From assembly GCF_032062105.1 (NCBI RefSeq), contig NW_026931120.1:124001-188000 (forward strand): DNA of 64,000 nucleotides, read 5' to 3'. The position numbers and the translations under genes are program-made. The notes below the pieces were generated by a model, which saw only the letters and a list, made by a program, of their open reading frames with translations, was not told where the DNA came from and ran no database searches. Source of the DNA: Saccostrea cucullata. Its lineage: Eukaryota. Below, piece by piece: positions 12,317-26,300 of the stretch (position 1 is the first letter of the stretch; every line of letters begins with the position of its first letter).

Positions 12317-15300
12317 ATGACCAAAACGAACTCAGCGGACAGGTGGGCTAAAGTTTTTTTTTTTCAAGTTTATTGTTTTAGCTTCAGCTCCTTGATTTAA
12401 AAATACATCTAGTCTTTCTCGGTTCACGAAAATTGAATAAAAATCTGTTTTCCAAAGAGGCGTTGTCGATGAAATGAGAAAAGAGTTAATTTATTAGAAA
12501 TAAATCTATCTTAATAATGAAATTAGTTATCCAATTTTTTTGTAAAATTATTATAATTATTGTGTGTAGTTTGATTGACTGATTCCCTTAAAAAAAAGAC
12601 TAACAGATTTAAAAATAGGAAGGTTTAAGACAGAAGGAGAGACGAAAGAGTCTATGTAATTTTACCAACGTAGATGGAAAAATAAGGCTTTTTGTGTAAC
12701 CAATTAAATTAATTATTTATTTTTGAAAACATAACACTATTTGAAGTTGTGTTTTCAAAAATCTCTCTGTTCAGTTCCGGTAAATATCACACACGGTCGT
12801 CGATAAATGGCTTAAAGCAAAATAACATGGGGCATGTTACCCTATTGTTTATGTGAGAGAATTTCACAACAGACAACTCTGCATCGACCAAGTTATTTTT
12901 CTCATTCCCTCCATATCTCCGTCACGAAGAGTATATAATGATACATCTACTATGTTGCATTTTTGACAGAAACTCGATTTAATCAAAACAAGGTAGCATG
13001 TCTTTCTATAGTTTTTCAGATACAATATAAAACGTCTCCTGTTTTATACAAACTCTTTTCATTTATCAATTTTTGTATCAATTTTAGGTAAGACCACCAT
13101 AGATAGATTTTTTCTACAAATGAATTTCGTGACAAAGAATCTTTATTTCTAAGGTAATCTGAAGCCACTCTATTTTGTTTAATATCGAGTGGTTCTTTAT
13201 TTCCAGCATTACCATGAGCTTAAGAAAGGAGTCAACTGAAGGCGGAGATGAAAATAAGGATGACACCTGTAAGTATATACCATTTTAAAGAAGTGAACTT
13301 TCCAAAGTGGGTAAAAGGGATAAATAGAAACTTTAGAAATCGTGTAAAGTACATATAAGCCATAGTTATTTTTTTTTTTTTCAATTTTCAGAAGACTGTC
13401 AAAGTCGATATATTTAAAGTCTTTTTAAGAGTTGATGTCTAGCAAAACATACAATAAAGTTAACTTTAAAGGTCAGTCCCCTATCAAGCTTTCTCTCCTA
13501 CCCGAAGTTACAAAGATGATGCTTTAACAGGTCTGGACGATTTCCAAATATGGAAGTCAAGAACGATAACTGAAAGTTGCTATAAATATACTTCATGTAC
13601 ACGTAATTATTTTTCTGTCCAATCAGACAACAGCATTTTTACACACTCCAGAACATATCTTAAAAGAACAAAAAGACAACACGTGCTTTTGGTTTTTTCC
13701 TCAAAAAGATTTTTTCAAAAAAAATCTTTAGAAGTAAGATGAAAACTTTTGAAGAATAAGGTATTCCTCACATATTTACCGTGAACAACTTGCTTTTAAT
13801 CTACTCTTGTTTTTTTTTTTATATAGGGATGTTCAAATAAACCTTGTAAACGCCCATATTGTACATCTATTAAATATGGTGTATTTTCTGGATAAAGAAC
13901 ATATTTCTCAGACCTTTTATAGTTGTTGTTTCGGCAAAGTAGGCTTAGTTTAGCCTTTATGACTCCATCACAATTTCTCAATGAAATAGAATATCAATTT
14001 TACAATAAGACATCTAAGCATGTGTATATACGCAGATGCTTTAACACATGTTAACATATGTTACATCCGTACTAGCTTTGATGTTTGTGTCGAATGTTTC
14101 ACCTGTCAGTTTACCCTGACATTCCTGTTAAATGTCACACGTCTTAACTTACTCTGGTCAAATACATGACCGTACAGTACAATTACCGGTACGCCTATTT
14201 AGCAAGTCAAATACAAATGTGAATTTTATTTAAAAAAGAAAATAGAAAATTAATGGTCAACAAATTAAAGGACAACTATAAATTCTGATTTTCCATGGGA
14301 TTCCAGGCTGATTAAAATATAGCTTATTTTGTTTTATAATATTTTAAACTATTGTTAATAGAAGACTCATTTTGTTTTTGTTTTTTTTGTTTGTTTTTTT
14401 TTGGGGGGGGGGGGTTATACTTTACATTATGTCGATTGCAGTTTTGATCCTTGATTCTCTTCATGTGAATAATTTTGCCCTCTTGGCATTAATTTGGACC
14501 GATTTTCTCATTGTAATTTGGAAAACACTGGATCGCAGTAAAAAAAAAAAGCACCCCTTGACTAAAAAAATGTCACCAGCTTTCAACTTTGTTTAAAAAA
14601 AATATTAACTGTTCTAAAGGAGAAACTGTGGATGTACTGTTGTACAGAATATTCTATAAGTTGTGGAAATTAGATCCTCAAAAATTGCAAAAAATTTAAA
14701 TATTTACATTTTTCGGTGTTGCATCAATTTCGTATTATTGAGAGATATAAGGCTAGTTCTATTTTATTCAGGACAATTAACAGACAAGGTTGGGAATAAA
14801 CAACTTATGTAATTCCCATCTGTTACAGATTTTTTTTTGTTGGGGGGGGGGGGGGTTCACATGAGCGAGGTTGGAATAAAATTAAAAAAAAAAAAGAAAT
14901 AACGAAATAACTAAAGCATCAAATTTCCAATCATAGAAAAATTGAAAGCTGGTTGAAAATTCAGAGAAAGAAAAAAAAAATAATTATTGCGTTTAATTGA
15001 AATTACGAGTTTTAAATTTAAACACAAAAGATCAAGCAATAATTATATAATTGCAATTAATACGTCCCCCTTTTTTTTCAATGTCAAATTCTCTCTGTGC
15101 CAATTTTTTTTTATACAACATTTAACTTACATCACACAAAGTTGCCTTTCAATGAACATTTCCTATAGTATAAGCAATATTGGGGAAAAAAGGCGCTACG
15201 TGCCTGCGTCCCTCTCGAGAATTTCACTCATATGGAGACGCCACCACTTGCCGATAGAGAGCTACAAATTTTGTCCTGTACTCGGCACCCAGGGCAACTA

Positions 15301-17506
15301 TGATAAAAAGAAGTGAAGATAAAAGTGAAGATCATATGAGACAAACAATAGATTTCTAGATAGATGACACACTATATATAAATTATGATTACAGAAATAT
15401 AAATTATATGCTTTTAGGCAAGAATTTAAACCGTTTTAATCCATGTACTAACGACTTTTGGGGGCAACCCTCGTACATGTAAAATGTTTCAAAAAGACTT
15501 GCTTAAGTTTTGTCTGATCTTGTGGTTCACATCAAAACAAAAGAAAAGATAAGATTCACAGTCCTTTAATGTATTTTTGTAAGCATACAGTATTTCAATA
15601 ACCTATTGTTTCTTCTAATAAAAAAGAATGTACTAAAGCACAATAAATAGTGTGTTCCGAAAACTTCAGTCAATTAAAAAATACAGGGAATACATCCGAA
15701 TCAAAGTTGTGCATGTGAAAATGCGAAAATATAATACACTGTGAAACACATTCCAATACAATAGCTCAGTGCTTTATCAAATTACTTACCAAATGTTATT
15801 ATCCGCAAATGGAAATGTCAAAGATCGAGAAAGCAATGATCGTGTATTTAGGATCTGAAAGTATTTGTCATGTCGCGGGCGGCTATGATGTTGGTAAATG
15901 AATACTTGCTGGATAAAAGCCACCATTTTGCGTCTTTGAAATTATGTCTCCAAAGTCAGGAACATTTTGTTGTCAAAGCGATTATCTATAATCTGAAAGT
16001 GTTTCTATTTTAAACAAGATATATATAGTCATGCACTTAAAGTCTGCAAATGCAATTCATGTAGTTTCTGTTTTACAGCATGCACTGTAATGTAATGTAA
16101 AAGTTTCAGTTTAAAAGTAAGCTTTTGTAATGTAATAATTTCTGTTTTACAGTCAGTCATTGTCACACAGAGGGTATTGTAGTATACTTTCCATTTACAG
16201 TATGCTTATGTAATGTAATAATTTCAGTTTTACGGTATGCTTATGTAATGTAATTGATACAGTTTTATAGTATGCTTATGTAATGTAGTAACTTCTGTTT
16301 TACAGTCAGCCATTGTCACATAAATTGTATTGTATGTAATGTAGTTACAGTTTTACAGTATGCTTCTATAATGTAATTGATACAGTTTTACAGTATGCTT
16401 ATATAATGTAATAATTTCCGTTTAACAGTCAGCCATTGTCACACAGATTGTATTGTTGTATAGTTTCAGTTTTACAGTATGCTTATGTAATGTAATTGAT
16501 ACAGTTTTACAGTATGCTTATGTAATGTAATAACTTCTGTTTTACAGTCAGCCATTGTCACATAAATTGTATTGTAGTATAGTTTCAGTTTTACAGTATG
16601 CTTATGTAATGTAATTGATACAGTTTTACAGTATGCTTATGTAATGTAATAACTTCTGTTTTACAGTCAGCCATTGTCACATAAATTGTATTGTAGTAAA
16701 GTTTCATTTTTACATTATGCTTATGTAATGTAATTGATAGTTTTACAATATGCTTAATAATATGTAATAATTTAACTTCTGATATTTACATTTTCTCTGT
16801 TTTTCTTAATTTTTCACATATATTGTATTTTGTATGTATATTTAACTTTTTCAGTTTTACAGTAAATGCTTATGTAATGTAATTGATACAAAAAGTTTTA
16901 CAGTATGCTTATGAAGAAATAATACTTTTTACAGTCAGCCATTGTCACATAAATTGTATTGTAGTCATAGTTTATTTTATATTTTAAGTATGCTTATGTA
17001 ATGTAATTTAATACAGTTTGAAAAGTATGCTTATTATAAAATATAATAAATTCATTGCTATGTTATAATTTTAGAGTCAGAAAAGCATATATTGTCACAT
17101 AGAATGTATTGTAGTACAGTTTCAGTTTTACAGTATGCTTACTATGTAATGTAATAATTTCTGTTTTACCATCACACAGAATGCACTTTAATGTTTTTTA
17201 AGTTGAAATATTGTCAACCGAGTCCACTGTTATCTAGTTTTACAGTAAGCCTTTGTCACACGGAGTACATTGTAATGTAAAAAAAAAATTGTTTTAGAGT
17301 TATCTAATGTAATGTTACAGTTATGATTTCTGTTGTACAATAAACCTATGTAATGTAATAATTTCTATTTTACAGTAACCCATTGTCACACAGAGAAGAA
17401 TCAGGATATTTTTGACAAGAAGGCCCGGAGACAGCTTATCATCGCCAGTATCTTCTGTTCCATCTTTATGATTGGGGAAGCTGTTGGTATGAAGCAAATC
17501 AATCTA

Positions 17507-17553
<47 letters not shown>

Positions 17554-20500
17554 CAGGTGTTATATTATTATGAACATTTTGATTTCCATTTTAGGCGGCG
17601 CGTTAGCTGGGAGTCTTGCTATTATGTCGGATGCTGCGCATCTATTGACAGATTTCGCTAGTTTTGGTATAAGTTTAGTTGCAATGCATTTAACAATAAA
17701 AAGGAGGACAAAGAAATTAAGTTTTGGATGGTACAGGGCAGGTAATACAAATAGAAACTTGTACTATATTATAACACAGACAATTTTCCTCAAACAAGAA
17801 ACACGATTTTACATTACTTTGAGAAAAGTATTTATACCTCTCTATCTTGTGATTTTAAAATACCAGTTCTTTGAAAATAAACGATCATTGCTTGTACACA
17901 TAGTAATCAGGTAATATGCAACACAAACCTGTGTGTAAGGTATCAAGTTTGAATTTCTGCTCGTAAAATTTCTTTCAGAAATCATTGGTGCCTTGCTGTC
18001 CATTTTGTTTCTATGGGTACTGACAGGTGTCCTGGTCTACCTCGGGGTGGAAAGAATTTTAAATCCAGACTACACCATCGACCCCCTCATTATGTTAATC
18101 ACGGCCTCAGCTGGCGTGGTCATCAATGTTATGTTAGTATTTTTGGTATTTTGAAGTTAGGCTCTCCGAAGTACATGTACAAGGTTGTCTGTTCATTTTT
18201 AAGAGAGCACATAGATATATATTTACTTCATTAACTAACTTTTCATTTTATAATTAAAAAGATCATACAGTACAAATGGAAATCATAGAATGCAAATGGA
18301 AAATTATACAATATCAATGGAAAAGATTGAATTGTGCTATATTTATGATTCAGTCATAGAATACACTTCTCTGAATTTAACATTCTGTATAATACTTGTG
18401 TTTATGCAAGGTCTTTGTGCTAAAAATGGAAGGACTGTACATGTTTTCTTAAGATGATATTGAATATTGAATATGAATAGTCAAAATTTTAAAATTATCG
18501 AGTTTATTATCACAGTCCATTAAATTAACAATTAACATACTAGTAATGTGTTGACGTATAGTATACATGAATCTGATATGCAGATAATGGAATGTATTTT
18601 TTATAATTTCCTTTCTCTGAACATGTTGAACTTGTTGATATCCAAGTATACTCTCTTAATCTTGGATAATGTCATGATCTTTTCAGCATGGGTACCACAC
18701 TCCATCAGGGGTCGGGCCATAACCATTCCCACGGTGGCGGTGGTTCCGGGTACAGCCCCACAGACAGTGGCAACCAGAGTCACGAGGAAGACAATTCGCA
18801 GGAAAATAACACTAGTCACCTTCTGGACGATAAACAGAAACTGGTGGAGTACGGTTCGATATCCAATCAAAACGTCCACGACGTCGAGAAAAATCAAAAT
18901 GGCCGCGATGTCGAGAAAGATGACCATGCACATGGCCACTCACATAAGAAAGAGAAGAATATCAATGTCCGCGCAGCATTTATTCATGTACTGGGTGACT
19001 TAGTACAGAGTTTGGGTGTGCTGGTTGCTGCTGTTATCATTTGGTTTAAGGTAATTTAATTCTAGAAAGTTCAGGTTAACAAACTTAACTTGGAAAAAAG
19101 AAATGTTTTATGTACAGATATTTCTCAAAACCGTACATGTAGCAATATACGTATAACCAGTTTGATTAAGCAGTCAGTTTTTTTTTAAAACATGTACATT
19201 GTAGTACATGTACTGATTTCAGTGATATTCCAAGGCAACTCTTTGAAAACAGTGACTTCCAATTCTTATTGAGCTTTGAAATTCCTCAATATTTCAAGTG
19301 TAAAATAAGCCTACTTAACTTCATTTGGTATATATTTGTGATGCACATTAAATTTTGATTAATTTTTATATATTTATTTTTTTTTAATGTAAAATATTAA
19401 TCAGAAATTATTGGCTTCGTGAAAAATTATCAGCCAATTGTATGAAAAAATACAAGAAGGCAAAGGGTCGATTTTAGCTGTTAACAATCTTGTTCTTTAA
19501 AAAAATACAACAGTTAACTATCTGGTCGGATGTATCTTTTTCTAACATTAATTTCTAAAAATATATACGAAGGTAAACGTATTACACTGTACGTATACAA
19601 ATCACTGCTTTACAAGAGCATTACTTTTGAATTATTTTATTATTTTTTTTAAATTGTCAGTGTTATGAAAATATCAATAATTTTTTCTTACTTAAAGAAG
19701 TTCCAGGATGAGTACTTGAATGCTTAACTCTTCAATTTTTTTTAAAAGTATGTTGTCAACCTTTTATCCACTTGAGAAAAGTGTCTAAATTTATTTGCAT
19801 TTTTAACGTTTCAGCCGGAGTGGAAAATTGCGGATCCCATCTGCACTTTTCTCTTCTCAATCCTCGTTGTTTTCACCACTATGCATATTGTCAAAGACAT
19901 TGTCATTGTCCTGATGGAAGGTAGTCAACCCTCAATTATAAAATCTTAAATTTTATTTTAAAGTTTGGAAAAATAATTACAAAAAGCGCGACACCTTCGA
20001 AAAAGAATCACAGAATTTACCAGTTTTGTATCAGTATTTTTAATCATGGATGTGTTCAAGCTAAATAACGTACATGTATTTTCCTTTTCTTGAAATAATT
20101 TAATGTTATTCGTCCCTGAAGGTGCCCCTCGCACGGTGAAATTTGTGGACGTGACCCAGAGTCTCCTTGAGATTGACGGGGTGAGGGAGGTTCACGACTT
20201 GAGAATGTGGTCCCTCTCTATGAACAAAATCGCCATAGCCGTACATCTAGCTGTTGGTTTGTAGCTTTTTAAAATTGTTCGAAATTTTTCAAGGCTAGAA
20301 GGTAACAATATATCAGTTTTTGGAAGGAGTAGGAACAATCTATACGAAATTTTTGAAAAGAAAATAAAAAAAACGGTGAGAAAAAAAAGTGGAACATAAT
20401 GAGGGGTCATGATCAAATAAATTAGAATTGCATCCTTATTATACGTATATGTGTATATGCTGGCCAAATTTCGGAGAGGCAGGTCTGTGTCCTCTACAAA

Positions 20501-21719
20501 AATTTGATTTTTTAAATTAAAATTTGTATATGACAATACAAAAATTTAAATGAAAAATTCAAATTTTTGCAGAGGACATCTGTATATACGATGGGTAATC
20601 AAAAAGTTCGCGAACTAATTGAATAACTTCCATAAAGGAAACAATATTTGGTTTGGGTGTTGATTATATTTTAAATTGGTCCTCTTCGATTTTAATGCAC
20701 ATCTGCCACCGTTCTGCTCATGCGCGAATCACGTGATATAGGCGGTCACGTGACCTCCTCTGTAGCGTTCTGTCACAAAAGCTGAAAGATTTTTCTGAGT
20801 TTTATATTTCTTTCCATGTAAGTTAATTTTTATAACAAGAACAGTTCATTTGTCAGAAATGGTCAATTCTCGGCAATAGAATGGGTGGCGAATAATATCC
20901 TTTCCAAATGTAAGCATGGCGACCATCAAAACCCAAATCTTCTGTCTCGGGAGAGACGTTTATTCAAGGTGGATAGAGGATGGGTGCCTCCTTTTAATAA
21001 AATCTAATATGTTTAAAATCTAAAGTATACGATATCTTAGGAATTTAATAATCATATTATTGTTGAAATACTCAACTATTTTTCAAAGTGTCAATTGGAG
21101 GTCTTTGATAGCAAATTGCTTAATCAAAACGCATCTCTTTTCAAACTTGCTTTCACTAGGCAAAATAACAAGTATCATTTTTAACCATCTGCCTTCCTTC
21201 ACTAAAACGATTAATCTAATTATTGATGAATTTATAGGAAGTCATTTGTCTTAATAAACTATGTGCAAATTATTATACGCTACTTCAAAGGGATTTCTAA
21301 GATATACCATAAATTCTGCAGTCGTTTGTTGAACGAGTACGACCGAGAAAACCATTTTTCGTCACAAGTGACCTACATAGTGACGTCATTTTCGCATTGT
21401 GGCGTCACAAACAAGAAGCAAAACATTATTCAGCATATACTTTTTATAGAACTTGTGTATGGCTATGTGTGTACCAATTTTTTTTAAAATCTGAATTGTG
21501 GTTTTAGTAGATATAGAGATAGTTCGCGAACTTTTTGATCACCCCTCGTATACCAGATACAATATATTTGTAGAGAAAGACAAGGACCCAATGCACGTAC
21601 TTAGAGTGAGCACACGCCTCGTGAGGAAAAAGTTCGGCATCTCCGAGAGTGTGATTCAGATAGAGGAATACCATCCAGCCATGTCCGAGTGCCACGAATG
21701 TCGAGATCCGCCCGACTAA
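12317..21719 (+). CDS. SLC30A2: Zinc transporter, CDF family, ZnT2/ZnT8 (SLC30A2/8)-like, copy 1
   Basis: Exons 12317-12342 (tentative), 13207-13268, 17376-17486, 17595-17741, 17979-18132, 18687-19050, 19815-19920, 20122-20256, 21574-21719, all phase-compatible. Motifs: [24 protein letters not shown], His-rich loop, [34 protein letters not shown]-terminal CHEC. Symbol is family-level only. Confidence 0.93.
15205..15300 (-). mobile_element. Fragment of a SINE-like interspersed repeat (more decayed copy at ~22510-22680)
   Basis: cgtccctctcgagaatttcactcatatggagacg.cacca.ttgccg...ctcggcac resembles an abundant oyster SINE (recognised from memory, not searched); the second copy has a (ttga)n tail. 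Confidence 0.45.
16060..17392 (+). repeat. Intronic composite minisatellite (~35-47-bp subunits, ~119-bp higher-order unit) ending in the true acceptor of the HCH exon
   Basis: Repeated ttttacagtatgcttatgtaatgtaat and ttctgttttacagtcagccattgtcaca; the cagccattgtcaca unit recurs at ~16307, 16430, 16548, 16668, 16935. Confidence 0.9.
17510..17552. repeat. (TG)n microsatellite in a short intron of ZnT copy 1
   Basis: About 20 uninterrupted TG units. Confidence 0.95.
20488..20578. repeat. ~90-bp palindrome (hairpin/miniature element)
   Basis: tgtcctctacaaaaatttga...tttgtat atgaca atacaaa...tcaaatttttgcagaggaca. Confidence 0.7.
20589..21548 (-). mobile_element. Tc1/mariner internal-deletion derivative in the last intron of ZnT copy 1
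   Basis: TA-flanked TIRs cgatgggtaatcaaaaagttcgcgaacta / tagttcgcgaactttttgatcacccctcg; minus-strand remnant [16 protein letters not shown] (~20720-20665) resembles a mariner transposase C-terminus. Confidence 0.8.
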
Positions 21720-23343
21720 CAAACATGCAGCCGGGGAGCGGATCCTATGAGGGTGTTCTTCCTAGGCATTAGGAATCTTATAGTGATTGAAAATGTTGCT
21801 GGATGCATTGTTAGGATAAATACGATATATAATTAGAGAAATAAGTGTGGAGCTGGATGGCTTACAAGTCATTTCTTTATGTCACATGTAATAATGAAAG
21901 AGGCCAATATGCTCAAATGCTATAGTATATTTATCTTTGCGCAATTAGATTTGTATAAAAAGTAGATTGTGTCTAGTGTACATGTATTTGAAAAAAAATC
22001 ATTTAAATCTTGCCTGAATTACTCAGTTTAATTGCATTAAAATTGTTTATTGTAGCAAATTCATCATGAAGTCTTTAAGACTATATTTCAGATGGAATTA
22101 AATACTACATGTGGCCATGGGCATTTCATTTTGTGTATATTCTTCATCTGAACAATGTACATTCACTTGTATTTCATATTTTGATTGTATATAAATATGA
22201 TTTGTGCATACATTTCTTGGTGTGATAATTGGTTAACACTACGAATTGTTGTTCTAAATAGTGTGTCATGACAGTAAAAAGTTTTTGAAAATCTATTTTA
22301 TAACATCTTTAAGGATTCAAGTTTCCTATGTCAATTTTTTAATTAGGGGAATGTTATTCTTTATGTGTAGTATGAAATATAAATAGTGAATAAAGTTCAT
22401 CACAATTTGTTTTTTGATTTATTGTATGGTGACTGACTCAACACACGAACAGGATGTAACTATAGGGTCCGAAAGCTGCCTTTTTGAAGATTCTGAGGCT
22501 TACAATTTTTGATTGATTGATTGTTGAATGTCCCATGCGATTTTTTTTCAATCATATCTAATGCAATCCCTGTCACCCATTACCTTTGAAGGACTTCAAA
22601 CTTAGAATCAACTCTAATAGTCTCAATACTTTGGGTTAATATTGAGAAGTGGGTATTCTTTATCGTATAAACCCATGCATTCAGTACTCTTTCTTTTTTA
22701 ACATAAGAACTTTAATTAAATCAGTTTAAAGTAAGAGTGTGTAAGGGTTTGGAATTTTTATCGGTACTTATGATGTATATAAACAAGCAAGAAAAATCTT
22801 GATAAATGGGCTATATATAAAATCATAAAGCTGTGGGTTACTAGATTTTAAAAAACGCGCATGTCTGTAGATATTGCAATATTGGAAAATAGGGGTCAGA
22901 TAAGGGTAATGCAGTATTTGAATAAATAGGACTGATTTTCGACTATGGACCCCCCCCCCCTTTTTTTTTTTGTTGGCTTGTCAAGTTGTTTCAGGTAAAT
23001 TGTACATATGTTTTTCCTCGTTAAATTTAACATATAATAATTATATGTATAAGGTACTCAATGATTTATACGTTTAATCATTTATTTAACACAAAGAAAA
23101 AGATTAAAATTATATGTATAAAGTATATTCATACGTTTGATCATTTATTTAAAATTGAATAAAGGCTGTGCAAAACACGCCAAGGACACGCACAAATGAA
23201 GACCATCGGGCTCGGTATTCATGAAATTCCACATGAAAACAAATGTGTTGGGGTGATTGACTGATCGAATGCGGAAAGTAATGACTCAGACACTTAATTT
23301 TAAAGCACTAACTATTTTTTAGTGACTAGAATCACGGGATGCA

Positions 23344-26300
23344 ATGACGGACCATTTAACTTCACCCTCCCGAGCATCCCCACTTTTGGGGGCGTCTCCG
23401 GAACGCAACCAATCTCCGATTTTGGGTCATAAATGTTTCTCCGCAGGCATGTACGATAGAGAGGAAGACCCCGAGATTCGGAGGTATTTAATGTTTTAAT
23501 AATACTTTGGTTGCTGTTATTCTTACTAGCACTGAGCTTTGAAGTTTTAATATCTTGTACCAGACCTGTCGAATTAGCTTTTGAGAATAGCTATGATCAA
23601 GCTATTTGTTATAAAGAAATATGTCATTGTATCATGTATATAAAATTTTTTAGTATAATTTCAATAATCATCTGTTTAATGTGGACTATCAAAAACAACC
23701 AAATTCAAAATCTAAACACTGCATCTTCTGAATACTTTAATAATTACATATAAAAAAGATCATGTATTATAATTTCCATTGTTTTTTATATAAACTAACT
23801 TTGTAACACCTTCTGTGCAGGGAGGTATGGATAAATATGATTGATTCACATTGTGTTAAATTATTACAAATCAGTTATCTTATTGACAAGAAGTGACCTT
23901 AATAATTTTCATTCATGAAGTCACAAATCAGTTGCCACAGGCATTATCACCAGTCTCCCATGCAAAGTTATCATTTGTTTCTCTCTCAGACTCCAATGAG
24001 TGGATGGCAGACAGCAATATATCACAGGCACCTGATGAATGGATGCTTTATTTATCCCCTTTCTTATAGAAATAAAGATGCAGAATATCATGCATAGATC
24101 CTCATCATGAACCTGTTATTTCTAATTGTTGTATCATTTTAGAGATTGTTCTTTGATCACTTAATGAACTGTAAAAAAAAACAACTAATTTACAAAGTAG
24201 TTTATTTTACATAGGCTTAGTTACATGTATTTTAACTACACAGCTTTGACATTTGAATTTATAAAGGATGAAAATATGTAACTGGGAATTTTTTGTTGTA
24301 GCATTCTTCAGGATATTGCAGAAAAATCACAACAAGGTACAGTTATCTTTTCAATTTAATTTTTTTGAAAATATGAGTATTACAAATTTTAACACTGAAA
24401 ACAAACAATACACATCATAGTCATGACAGTGCTGACTCCAACAGAATGTCTTTTAATTGTGACATCATCAGATTGTTACAGTGTGATGTCATTTGTTTAA
24501 ATTGTGACATCACTGCCTCTCTTGAAAATCCAGTTATATTTATTTTCAAAATGCCACCTGACAAAAGAGCTAGCTTGGTAGCTTTACAATCAAGAAAAAG
24601 TATTTGTGGAACATCACAATCTAAGATAGGCAGTTATTTGAGTAAAGAGGGCATTTTGAGCAATTTTAGAATTGGAAGCAGTGAGACATTTTCAGACAGC
24701 AAGAGTTTTGGATCACTTTCTAATATTAGTGAATTTGCCATCTACAGTAAGTGATACCTCTGCTAAGGTTTGTCTGGTTAAATTCTTTAAAAATTTATTT
24801 AATTTGAATGTTGAGATTTTGTTTATGTATTATATGTGTGTCATGTTACAGGGAAATGTTTCAATTTATTTAAAAGTAGGATTTTACTTCTTAGCATATT
24901 TGTTTGACATAATACCCGGTAATTAAGGAATACCTTGATACATGTATTTTTAGTTTCATAGTTTAGTAGTGACAGGGTATGGGATGATACCAGGTAAGTA
25001 AATTTTTAAGTTTTCCTTTACCTCCGTCCTCCAACACTTATGCAATCCTCTAAAGTTTTAAACTAGTACAGTAGAGTTGCAATATTCAAACTAAAGAAAA
25101 AGGCCCATACTTATGGAAACTGAAGTGCAGTTAACCATAATTTAGAAAAGGCTTTCAGATTGGATTTTGAGAAAGAAATGGGGAAGGAAGCAGAAAAGAA
25201 TGGTATTGAAATTGAGAAAAACTGTATTGATTCCTCCCATAAATTTAACCTACACAATGCAGTTTTTTTTGCGAAACAATGTTATCAATTTACCAAATTT
25301 CTGTTTTATTGAACAGTTGGTGTTGAATGGATTAGTGGAGTTACAAATGAATAATGAATATTCAGTATGTAAACTGACTGTAAAGTCTTAAGATTTTTAA
25401 AAAAAAATTTCTAAAGTACAAGCTGTTTCTGAAAATGTTTTCCCCCTTGTTTTCCAATTTTAGGACTGCATTGTCATGCCACCAAAGAGAAGGCAGGTGT
25501 GGACAAGAAAGCCAGGAGGAAGCTGATTATCGCCAGCACACTGTGTCTGCTCTTCATGGTGGGAGAAATCGTGGGTATGTAAAAAAGATTGTTTTCTTTC
25601 TTGTAAGAAACATTAGTCCCAGACTCTGTGAAGAATAGGACAATTTCCACTTTAGGTTGGATTTTCAGTAAGGCATGGCATTCTTGACGTTACATAATTA
25701 GCTGCTTTCCTTCACTATTGAAATATACATGGGATAGAAATTCGGGCAAATGCCAATAGTGTATCAAATAACCAATAACATTGTCTCTTCCAGCAAAGAG
25801 GTGGAGCTTAAGTCATCTCATGGTTGTCAACAACAATTTTAAGTTCCTGATGTTATTAATTTCTTAACCAATGTGAATCTATTCGCCATTTGAGAGACGC
25901 TAATTAAGAAGGGTGGAGAATGCCATGCTTTACTGAAAGTCCAAACTTACCTGGAAATGGTTCTATTTGTTTAAGTAATTGTTCATTCAGAGAACTGTAC
26001 AATTAGGATGAATATAACATGTAAGTTATATATATTACAAAATATATGTACATGTATGCATGTATTCATAAATTATAGACTGAAATGTATAAAGATGCTT
26101 ATATTTACTTCAAGTCAAGTATTAATAAGTTATATGATATTAGATTTTCCTCTCAGAAAATCTCATTAAATATATTTTTAATTTGCTTATAATTAATCAA
26201 TCATTCATCTAACATTATATTTGTGATAATTCCTTTATCTGAAGGTGGGGTACTTGCTGGGAGTTTAGCCATCATCTCTGATGCAGCCCATTTACTGACA

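Noticed and set aside
12970-12992. 23-bp coding micro-exon in ZnT copy 1
   Set aside because: Introduces a stop in the required phase; may be a non-coding alternative first exon but is unsupported.
16060-17392. Repeat array as a CRISPR-like locus
   Set aside because: No unique spacers or cas genes; eukaryotic intronic minisatellite.
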